29,139 bases of DNA from a virus. Taxonomy: Duplodnaviria; Caudoviricetes. A program made the translations under genes and the position numbers. The notes below the pieces were generated by a model, which was not told the origin of the DNA, did no database searches, and worked only from the letters and a program-made list of their open reading frames with translations. Below are positions 17,510 to 24,013 of this stretch, one piece after another. The DNA lies in IMG/VR virus record IMGVR_UViG_3300044825_000063, positions 1-29,139 of that record, one strand, 5' to 3'. Every line of letters starts with the position of its first letter. Position 1 is the first letter of the stretch.

Positions 17510-17784
17510 CGGCCTTCATCCCACGGGCCGTTGACCTCGGCATCGGTTTCCGCAATCTCGCGGAGCGTCTCAAGCTGCCAATCAGACAACTCGTCTAAAT
17601 CCATCTGGATGTCGTGGTTAAGGGAGGTGGCGCGTTTGTCGCTGTCAAGGAATATGCCGATCAGGTCGGCACCCTCAAGCGAAATGTCGCCGTCCAAATC
17701 CTGTGCGTATTCCACGCGAACTTCAAACTTGCTGCCGAGGGCGTAGAAGGTGCCAAAGGCGTGAAAGAAATTGTTTTTAAGCAT
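17506..17784 (-). CDS. Acidic early hypothetical protein (92 aa)
   Basis: AGGAG RBS before ATG 17784; 21 D/E versus 7 K/R by manual count. Confidence 0.75.
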   Translation of the reverse strand: MLKNNFFHAFGTFYALGSKFEVRVEYAQDLDGDISLEGADLIGIFLDSDKRATSLNHDIQMDLDELSDWQLETLREIAETDAEVNGPWDEGR

Positions 17785-17812
17785 ATCTATTGCTCCTGTT
17801 GTCAGGGGCGGC

Positions 17813-18070
17813 TTACGCCGCCACCCCGTCAAGGTTGATTACGCGAGGGCGTGAAGGGTCATCAAAAAAGTGGTTGCCTTCCATTGGCGCAGTAAAGTTG
17901 ACCGGCAATTCGGCTTTAAGCGGTACGCCTTCCCAATATCGCGCAACGGTTTCGGCGGTAAACGTGCCTTCGTCAGCGTTAATGCTTTTGACGATGCCGA
18001 TGTAGTAACAATCGCGGTTGCTGTGGAAATCAAGGCTCTTGACAAGGGAACCAATCTTTAAGCTGCTCAT
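17813..18070 (-). CDS. First leftward early gene, hypothetical (possible SH3-like beta protein)
   Basis: AGGAG RBS; directly downstream of the leftward promoter; LKIGSLVKS..F...YIGIVKSI pattern. Confidence 0.75.
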   Translation of the reverse strand: MSSLKIGSLVKSLDFHSNRDCYYIGIVKSINADEGTFTAETVARYWEGVPLKAELPVNFTAPMEGNHFFDDPSRPRVINLDGVAA

Positions 18071-18109
18071 TGTGTATCTCCTATCTGTGGATGCGTTGTG
18101 TCTGTCAAC

Positions 18110-18177
18110 GGTTGCTAGTTTAGCAACCTAAACGGCCATGTCAACACCCTAGGCAAAAAAAGTTTAGACGGATAGAC
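18110..18177. promoter_or_regulatory. Operator-like palindromes in the divergent control region
   Basis: GTTTAG-caac-CTAAAC (18118-18133), imperfect copy GTTTAG-acgg-ATAGAC (18162-18177) and overlapping GGTTGCTA-gtt-TAGCAACC (18110-18128). Confidence 0.6.
18117..18144 (-). promoter_or_regulatory. Leftward early sigma70 promoter (pL-like)
   Basis: Minus strand TTGACA-N16-TAAACT with TG extended -10. Confidence 0.75.
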
Positions 18178-18178
18178 T
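18150..18178 (+). promoter_or_regulatory. Rightward early promoter (pR-like), probably giving leaderless cro mRNA
   Basis: TAGGCA-N17-TAGACT ending 7 nt before the cro ATG; no SD sequence. Confidence 0.55.
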
Positions 18179-18185
18179 GCCGAGC

Positions 18186-18353
18186 ATGGACATACAGAAG
18201 CTCATCAAACGATACGGTAGCCAGCAGGCCGTTGCTGCGGCCCTCGGCGTTACCAAAGGCGCTGTAAGCCAATGGGTAAAGGCTGGGGCGATCCCTGCGG
18301 CTAGGCTGTGGCAGATCAAAGCCGGGGCTGTAAAGCCGCCAAAAGGACGTTAG
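18186..18353 (+). CDS. cro: Cro-like HTH regulator (55 aa), absent from ORF track
   Basis: Manual translation MDIQKLIKRYGSQQAVAAALGVTKGAVSQWVKAGAIPAARLWQIKAGAVKPPKGR, with a classic HTH (AAALGVTKGAVSQW) and IP..R. Confidence 0.92.
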   Translation: MDIQKLIKRYGSQQAVAAALGVTKGAVSQWVKAGAIPAARLWQIKAGAVKPPKGR

Positions 18354-18361
18354 TGGACGCT

Positions 18362-18390
18362 AAAACGAAAAGCCCCCGTGAAGGGGGCTT
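18362..18390 (-). terminator. Intrinsic terminator oriented for a leftward (antisense) transcript
   Basis: Stem AAGCCCCC/GGGGGCTT (18370-18390) with 5-nt loop; U-tract (TTTTCGTTTT) only on the minus strand. Confidence 0.75.
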
Positions 18391-18437
18391 GACGCTGCCG
18401 GGGGACTGGCATTACGCTGAATGTGCAATGTAGCGTG
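18362..18437 (-). ncRNA. Predicted ~76-nt antisense small RNA (OOP/RNA I-like)
   Basis: Bounded by a minus-strand promoter and a minus-strand terminator; three predicted hairpins; no ORF. Confidence 0.55.
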
Positions 18438-18443
18438 GTCAGG

Positions 18444-18472
18444 ATTCTGACGAGCCGTTCTGGTTCTGTCAA
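18444..18472 (-). promoter_or_regulatory. Antisense sigma70 promoter
   Basis: Minus strand TTGACA-N17-CAGAAT; the -10 is covered by palindrome GTCAG-gatt-CTGAC (18438-18451). Confidence 0.65.
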
Positions 18473-18484
18473 CAAACCCATCAC

Positions 18485-18640
18485 GCAGCCCCTTGACATG
18501 GGCCAAATCTGTCAGCGGAGGGCCGGTCGTTTGGATCGGGCTGGACACCGCTTACCAAAGTCCAGCGGGCCTAAACACCGTGGCTATACGGGCATAGGCT
18601 TGGCCTCGCTGCCTTCCGCAGAAGTGGGGGGTAGGGGGGC
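18485..18640 (+). other. Highly structured non-coding element ending in G6-TA-G6 (candidate replication origin/primer RNA)
   Basis: Nested inverted repeats GCTGGAC/GTCCAGC, GCCTA/TAGGC, CCGTG/TACGG, CTTC/GAAG and closing stem CAGCGGAGGGCC/GGCCTCGCTG; GGGGGGTAGGGGGG at 18626-18639. Confidence 0.45.
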
Positions 18641-18675
18641 CATTCCCGGGCTTCCGAGCATTGGGGTATTAAGAC

Positions 18676-19176
18676 ATGGGTAAGATGACAGAAGCACAGA
18701 GAATACGGGTAGCAAGCAGATACGTCAGGGCAGTCAGAGGTAGAGGACTGCAATCTGGTGAATCGCCAATCAAGTTAGCCGTAAAACTGTTAACAGAAAT
18801 GCACCATGCACCGTGTATTGGGGTGCCAGAAAAAAACATTGATTACTTAGACAAGCACCACGCGGTGATGCTGGAGGTAATTAGCGCCAACAAGCACAAA
18901 TTGCCGAAACGAACGAAACGCGCGAAACCAGAGTTTTTAGAGAGTTTTGCGTGGCGCAAAGTGCGAATGGAAGCCTTGCTGAAGTTTGGCCCCAAATGTA
19001 TGTGCTGCGGCGCTACCCCTGCGACGGGCGCGGTAATGCACGTTGATCACATCAAGCCCCGCTTAACGCATCCAGAATTAGCGTTAGAGCTTGATAACCT
19101 CCAAATCCTTTGCCACGAGTGCAACCACGGTAAAGGTAATTGGGACAGCACCGATTGGCGGGGGAAACATGGGTGA
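18676..19176 (+). CDS. HNH endonuclease (McrA-type, Zn-binding)
   Basis: CMCCG...HVDHIKP...DNLQILCHECNHGK. Confidence 0.92.
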   Translation: MGKMTEAQRIRVASRYVRAVRGRGLQSGESPIKLAVKLLTEMHHAPCIGVPEKNIDYLDKHHAVMLEVISANKHKLPKRTKRAKPEFLESFAWRKVRMEALLKFGPKCMCCGATPATGAVMHVDHIKPRLTHPELALELDNLQILCHECNHGKGNWDSTDWRGKHG

Positions 19177-19501
19177 TGAATTCACTTACTTTCCGACTAA
19201 ACAGGCTCAACCGGAAAAGCCTAAACCCAGTCACAACTTAGAACACCAGTTCCACTCCAATCAGGTGATGTGGAATTCGGCAGTACAGGAATCCCCGCTA
19301 AACCGCTTAAAGTTCTACGACGCACAGTTAGCCAGAGGCGTTGAGGTCAACCGTGATAGGGTCGCTGAACTGATCCGAGAGGCTGGCGCTGCTGCCGTGC
19401 TGTCGGATAGGGATACGATTGGGCTGGTACGCCAGCTTTGGGGTGAAAAGGCGGTGGAGAAGTTGCGTGCGCGTGCCAAAACTGAACAAGTACAGAGGTA
19501 A
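19169..19501 (+). CDS. Hypothetical protein (110 aa)
   Basis: ATG at 19169 after GGGGG overlapping the HNH stop; helical composition. Confidence 0.65.
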   Translation: MGDEFTYFPTKQAQPEKPKPSHNLEHQFHSNQVMWNSAVQESPLNRLKFYDAQLARGVEVNRDRVAELIREAGAAAVLSDRDTIGLVRQLWGEKAVEKLRARAKTEQVQR

Positions 19502-19507
19502 TCAAAT

Positions 19508-20218
19508 ATGGTGGCAAATATGGTTAATCCGTTGCATCAACGAGGCCCGGAACGCGGAGGGATACGACGATACCTTGATACCGTCACCCCGCAAGAATAC
19601 CTCCCGCAGACGGGTGAAGTTGACCTTACGCAAGTCACGCTTACTGGCCTTGCCGACCTATTCGGGTCGGATAAGGGGAGCATCAAACACGGCTACACCC
19701 AGCACTATGAGAAGATCATTGACGATTTGGGCGGGAAGAACGCGCCGCTGACCATTGCCGAGATCGGCATAGCGTGTGGGGCATCGCTGCGGATGTGGGC
19801 TAACTATTTGCCTAACTCCAAGATTGACGGTTACGACATCCAGATGGAGTGCGCCAAGCTCTGCCGTGACCTGCCGAGTGTCAGCATCACGATCAGCGAC
19901 CCACGCAAGGTGGACAAAGACGCCGCCTACGACCTAGTGATTGACGACGGCAGTCATATCGCTGAGGACGTTCTTGGGGTGTTGGCGCATTGCTGGAGGT
20001 GGGTCAAACCGGGTGGGTACTACGTCATTGAGGACATGGGCTGTACCTACAACGACGGTTACCGGGACAAGTTCAACAAGCATTTCAGCAAAGACCTGAA
20101 GAACGACCGCAACCTGATGCTCCAGATGTTTGACGCACTCTCTCGGGAAATAGATCACGGGGTCGGTGCGTTTACCGAGATGCGGTATTACCGTCAGATG
20201 TGGGTATTTAAGCGATGA
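19508..20218 (+). CDS. Class I SAM-dependent methyltransferase, sugar O-methyltransferase (MycE/TylE-like)
   Basis: GSDK...HGYTQHYE, EIGIACGASLRMW, YDLVIDDGSH and VKPGGYYVIED motifs. Confidence 0.85.
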   Translation: MVANMVNPLHQRGPERGGIRRYLDTVTPQEYLPQTGEVDLTQVTLTGLADLFGSDKGSIKHGYTQHYEKIIDDLGGKNAPLTIAEIGIACGASLRMWANYLPNSKIDGYDIQMECAKLCRDLPSVSITISDPRKVDKDAAYDLVIDDGSHIAEDVLGVLAHCWRWVKPGGYYVIEDMGCTYNDGYRDKFNKHFSKDLKNDRNLMLQMFDALSREIDHGVGAFTEMRYYRQMWVFKR

Positions 20219-20538
20219 GGCACGCCGCCCGCCGTGATGCCAATGACGCCATCATCACCGAGGCGCTACGCAAGGCGGGATTCACCGTTATGGATTATGG
20301 CAAGGCAGGCCAAGGTATTCCCGACAAACTCGTTACCCGCCCGCTACCTGACGGGTTGCCGTGGGTGTGCTGGGTAGAGGTCAAGATGCCAAAGGGGCGG
20401 CTACGGGAGGCGCAGGAGGCGTTCAAGGCGGTCTTTGGGGCGAGGGGCGAGCATTACGTCGCCCGTGACCCCGAGACGGCTATACGCGACCTGTGGGCGT
20501 TATACGACGAACAGATCAAGCCCGAGCAGCGTCGGTGA
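20215..20538 (+). CDS. VRR-NUC-type PD-(D/E)xK nuclease (putative Holliday junction resolvase)
   Basis: RRDAN..I..ALRKAG...GIPDKLV...WVEVKMPKGRL..AQ..F. Confidence 0.8.
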   Translation: MRHAARRDANDAIITEALRKAGFTVMDYGKAGQGIPDKLVTRPLPDGLPWVCWVEVKMPKGRLREAQEAFKAVFGARGEHYVARDPETAIRDLWALYDEQIKPEQRR

Positions 20539-21196
20539 ACATCTGTGCCTTACGGTTGCCTTTGTAATGCGCGATGACGGGGTTCGGATGCTCGCCAAAA
20601 TGCTCGGGAAGGCAGGCGTATTGATGTTCTGGCAGATGCGCGACGACGAACGGCGGCAGGCGGTTGACGTATTCCCGCAGCACCTCTTGGTCGCCGTACC
20701 AAGTTTTGTATTTAGGCTCCAGCCGGTCGTACATCTCGGCCAACTGCTCCCACGCAAACCCGTCAGGGGTGATGGTGCAGCAGCCGATGTAGGGGTACAC
20801 GGCATCCAGAGTTTTATTGGCGTGTTCCGAGTAATCCTGACCGCGTTGCTTGGCGTTAAAAATCGCTTCACGCTGGAAGGATCGGCGCGTTACGGCAATG
20901 ACCGCATCGCCCAACAACAACTCGGGATGCAGGGGACGACGCACCAGCATATCGGTGTCCATGTACAGGGCTGGTTGGGCAAGTTGCAGCGCGGCAAACG
21001 CTCGGGTGCGCCACAGCATCAGGTACTCGGGGTTGCCCTCGGTGGGGTGCGCCCAAGTCACACCCGGTATGGTCGGGGTGTCCTTATCGGTAACTTGGAT
21101 GATTTCAGCGCCCGGATTGTGCTTGCGAAGGGACGCCACCATTGCAGTCGGCTGGGAAATGTCTGCGCCGACATGGAAAAACACAAAGGTTGACAT
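20516..21196 (-). CDS. GT-A fold glycosyltransferase (nucleotide-diphospho-sugar transferase)
   Basis: LYMDTDMLV (DxD), WYGDQEVL and IAHYKGNRK motifs. Confidence 0.8.
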   Translation of the reverse strand: MSTFVFFHVGADISQPTAMVASLRKHNPGAEIIQVTDKDTPTIPGVTWAHPTEGNPEYLMLWRTRAFAALQLAQPALYMDTDMLVRRPLHPELLLGDAVIAVTRRSFQREAIFNAKQRGQDYSEHANKTLDAVYPYIGCCTITPDGFAWEQLAEMYDRLEPKYKTWYGDQEVLREYVNRLPPFVVAHLPEHQYACLPEHFGEHPNPVIAHYKGNRKAQMFTDAARA

Positions 21197-21210
21197 AGGA
21201 GAAATCTAAC

Positions 21211-21843
21211 ATGGTTAATTTGAACAGAAAACGCACTAGCCGAATTATTTGGGAAACGCTGCTGGAAAACGTCGTAAGCCACCCGAAAGCGCCATGGGTG
21301 GAGCAACTCAATATGCTGGATGCGCTGCGTGCTACCGCCAAACCCACAGGTAGCGTGAGTTTTGCAACGTTTTGGTGTCTCTATGCCGTGGTGCAGGCGT
21401 ATAAACCAAAGCGTGTTGCCGAAGTCGGCACCTATATCGGGAAATCCACACTCGCCTTGGTGTCGGGCGGTGCGGAAGTACACACCTGCGATTACAGCAA
21501 CGATGTGAAACTGCCGTTCAAGGTGAACCAGTACCCGATGACGAGCAGCACCGATATGTTCGCCAAGCTCCAGCCTGCCATTGACCTGTTATTCCTTGAC
21601 GGTCGGTTGGAACCCGATGACCTTGGCCATATCGGTCGCCTGCTGCACTCGCAGAGCATCGTGGCGCTAGATGACTTTGAGGGCATAGAAAAAGGCGTGG
21701 CGAACGCCATGAAGTTTACCTACCACGGTGCGATGCTCGTTTACCCGCCAGAGCGTGAGGTATTGGAGCGGCACGGTATTCCTGACGACAGCACGCTGGC
21801 GCTGATCCTGCCGCACGGATTAGTGCAGTTGACGAACCAATAG
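21211..21843 (+). CDS. Class I SAM-dependent methyltransferase (Methyltransf_24-like)
   Basis: AGGAG RBS; PKRVAEVGTYIGKST, IDLLFLDG and IVALDD motifs. Confidence 0.82.
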   Translation: MVNLNRKRTSRIIWETLLENVVSHPKAPWVEQLNMLDALRATAKPTGSVSFATFWCLYAVVQAYKPKRVAEVGTYIGKSTLALVSGGAEVHTCDYSNDVKLPFKVNQYPMTSSTDMFAKLQPAIDLLFLDGRLEPDDLGHIGRLLHSQSIVALDDFEGIEKGVANAMKFTYHGAMLVYPPEREVLERHGIPDDSTLALILPHGLVQLTNQ

Positions 21844-21873
21844 CGTTAAAATACCCTCACCACGGGAGGCTCT

Positions 21874-22242
21874 ATGTCCCACAAAGACGCGGCAGAATTT
21901 GTTGGCGTGTTGTTGCACTCGGCAACAGCAACGCATTTTCTGCATTTGCAGACGGCAAGTTACGCCGCTCATAAGGCACTCGGCCACTACTACGAGAACA
22001 TCGTGGGGCTTGCCGACCGTTGGGCAGAAAGTTATCAAGGACACACGGGAATTATCCCGCTGACCGACTACCCGGATGGTTTTAAGGTACAGAAGGACGC
22101 CGCCGAATACGCCAACAGTTTGCTGACGTTTGTGAAAGGTATCCGAGGCGATTTGCCGCAGGAAACTGATCTGCAAAACATCGTGGACGAAATTGTTGCC
22201 GAGATCACGACGCTGATTTACAAATTGGAGCGTTTCAAATGA
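21874..22242 (+). CDS. Ferritin/Dps-like four-helix protein (DUF5856-like)
   Basis: GGGAGG RBS; HFLHLQTASYAAHKALGHYYE...D.WAESYQG...LQNIVDEI...YKL. Confidence 0.8.
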   Translation: MSHKDAAEFVGVLLHSATATHFLHLQTASYAAHKALGHYYENIVGLADRWAESYQGHTGIIPLTDYPDGFKVQKDAAEYANSLLTFVKGIRGDLPQETDLQNIVDEIVAEITTLIYKLERFK

Positions 22243-22397
22243 ACCGTAAGCCGGGACTCTACGCCAACATTCTGGCAAAGCAGGAGCGCATTAAAGCCGG
22301 TTCGGGCGAAAAGATGCGTAAGCCCGGTGACCCCGGCGCACCGACCGCCAAGGCGTTTCGTGAAAGCGCCAAAACGGCCAAGAAAGAAAACAAATGA
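22239..22397 (+). CDS. Small basic conserved phage protein (52 aa), absent from ORF track
   Basis: MNRKPGLYANILAKQERIKAGSGEKMRKPGDPGAPTAKAFRESAKTAKKENK; ATGA overlaps at both ends. Confidence 0.85.
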   Translation: MNRKPGLYANILAKQERIKAGSGEKMRKPGDPGAPTAKAFRESAKTAKKENK

Positions 22398-22684
22398 CCG
22401 CCGCGTGGACTCGTAGCGAAGGCAAGAACCCCAAGGGCGGGCTGAACGCCAAGGGCCGCGCCAGCTACAAGCGTGAGACGGGGGGAACTCTTAAGCCGCC
22501 GGTCAAATCGGGTGACAATCCACGCCGAGCCTCTTTCCTCGCACGGATGGGCAATATGCCGGGGCCGATGGCAAAAGACGGTAAGCCCACACGCCTAGCC
22601 CTCGCACTCAAGGCATGGGGAGCCTCTAGTAAGGAGGACGCCCGAGCCAAGGCCAAAGCCATCAGCAGCAGGAACAAGGCATGA
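22394..22684 (+). CDS. Basic conserved phage protein (DUF6321-like)
   Basis: AWTRSEGKNPKGGLNAKGRASY...RRASFLARMG...ALKAW. Confidence 0.8.
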   Translation: MTAAWTRSEGKNPKGGLNAKGRASYKRETGGTLKPPVKSGDNPRRASFLARMGNMPGPMAKDGKPTRLALALKAWGASSKEDARAKAKAISSRNKA

Positions 22685-23718
22685 ATCGCAAACGCCTTGC
22701 CGCTGCACTCGCCTACGTTGACGAGAAGGCAAAGCGCCTGACGAGCCTAGACCAGCCTAAAGAGTCTGACGCCGTGGACATGGCGCTAGAGATGGGCGGT
22801 AGTTTTATCCCCGGCGTAGGCCAAGCCCTTGCTGCCCGCGACTTTGAACGCGCCCGCCGAGCCGGTGACGAAGCTGGTATGGGCATGGCCGCTGCGTCGG
22901 CTTTGCCCGTGGGACGGTTAATCGGTGCGCTAAAGGGCTTTGACCCCGTAATGCGCGAAATTGACGTTTATCACGGTAGCCCGCACCGTTTTGACGAGTT
23001 TGACGCCAGTAAGATCGGCACGGGTGAGGGCGCACAAGCGTATGGGCATGGCATTTACCTTGCCGAAAGCCCTGATGTGGCTAAAACCTACCAATCAGCA
23101 CAAAGCCCTTCAGCGCGTAAAGCAACGATGACGTTGCAAGCATCTGACGGGAACGTAAATAAAGCCATTGCTGCAATGAAAAAAGAAGTTGCAACAATGA
23201 CTGCTCATAAAGATTCGCCGTATTTGCGGCAGGGTGCGTTTCAAGAGACGCAAGACGCGCTAAATTATCTGCAACAAATGAAAAAGGGCGCTGCACCGCA
23301 AACGGGCGCGCTTTACACCGCCGACCTACCCGACGAAATGGTAGATCGGATGCTGGATTGGGATAAGCCGTTAATTGAACAAAGGCCAATATTGAAGGCT
23401 CTAACAGAAATGGCAAACCGCGATAGAACCGGGGCGTCAGCGGTCGCGGCTAGAACCGCTCGCTCCATCCTTCAACGCGCTGGACAGGCAGCAGATAGTT
23501 ACGGAAAAGACAAAGTAACTGGCGCTTCATTGTATGACTCGTTTTTAGCAGATGAGATACCAGACCAAGCACAACGGTCGCAATTTCTTAAAGATTTAGG
23601 CATCCCCGGCATCCGATACCTAGACGCAGGCAGCCGAGGCCAAGGCGGTAGCGGCACCCGTAACTTCGTCGTGTTCCCCGGTGAAGAAAAGAAGGTCAAG
23701 ATACTAAAGCGCGAATGA
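22681..23718 (+). CDS. Protein with pre-toxin-like N-terminus and ADP-ribosyltransferase-like domain
   Basis: SFIPGVGQALAARD; VYHGSPH...GEGAQAYGHGIYLAE...GIPGIRY...NFVVF pattern seen in phage polyvalent proteins. Confidence 0.55.
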   Translation: MNRKRLAAALAYVDEKAKRLTSLDQPKESDAVDMALEMGGSFIPGVGQALAARDFERARRAGDEAGMGMAAASALPVGRLIGALKGFDPVMREIDVYHGSPHRFDEFDASKIGTGEGAQAYGHGIYLAESPDVAKTYQSAQSPSARKATMTLQASDGNVNKAIAAMKKEVATMTAHKDSPYLRQGAFQETQDALNYLQQMKKGAAPQTGALYTADLPDEMVDRMLDWDKPLIEQRPILKALTEMANRDRTGASAVAARTARSILQRAGQAADSYGKDKVTGASLYDSFLADEIPDQAQRSQFLKDLGIPGIRYLDAGSRGQGGSGTRNFVVFPGEEKKVKILKRE

Positions 23719-23719
23719 T

Positions 23720-24013
23720 ATGAACGCAGGCGCATTTAAAAAGGGTCAGAAAGGCGGGCCGGGCAGGCCCAAGGGATTGCCTAATAAGTCCACGCAGGCG
23801 GCCAGAGAGGCCATTGCAGCCTTTGTGGACGGCAACGCAGACAGACTCCAAGGGTGGCTAGATCAGATCGCAGAGGAGAAGGGGCCACAGGCTGCTTTTG
23901 ATTGCTTCAGCACCCTGTTGGAATACCACGTTCCTAAGCTCGCCCGCCAAGAAATCACAGGTAAGGACAACGGCCCGGTCAAGGTGCAGATCGGATGGAT
24001 GGCTCCCGAATAA
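23720..24013 (+). CDS. terS: Terminase small subunit
   Basis: FKKGQ.G.PGRPKG.PNKST N-terminus; EITGKDNGPV C-terminus; directly upstream of TerL. Confidence 0.8.
   Translation: MNAGAFKKGQKGGPGRPKGLPNKSTQAAREAIAAFVDGNADRLQGWLDQIAEEKGPQAAFDCFSTLLEYHVPKLARQEITGKDNGPVKVQIGWMAPE

Noticed and set aside
18493-18498. Perfect TTGACA on the plus strand (another on the minus strand at 18103-18108)
   Set aside because: No -10 hexamer at 16-18 bp spacing; the first pairs with TGTCA at 18510-18514 as part of a stem.
18485-18625. tRNA or self-splicing intron next to the HNH gene
   Set aside because: No T-loop GTTCRA or cloverleaf spacing, no group I/II core motifs recognised, and no interrupted gene flanks it. 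A covariance-model search would be the decisive test.
18423-18683. 86-aa ORF across the structured element (possible cII or initiator remnant)
   Set aside because: GTG start without SD, no HTH or initiator features, and sequence dominated by inverted repeats. Not fully excluded, since its stop overlaps the HNH start.
19503-19524. Direct repeat CAAATATGGT x2 as possible iterons
   Set aside because: Only two copies; simply yields two in-frame ATGs for the methyltransferase.
20435-21193. 252-aa plus-strand ORF that would keep operon orientation
   Set aside because: No motifs, whereas the minus-strand ORF has clear DxD, GDQ and HYKG glycosyltransferase motifs.
23995-24013. Possible TerS-TerL frameshift fusion at the overlap
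   Set aside because: No canonical slippery heptamer; TerL has its own ATG with a plausible SD.
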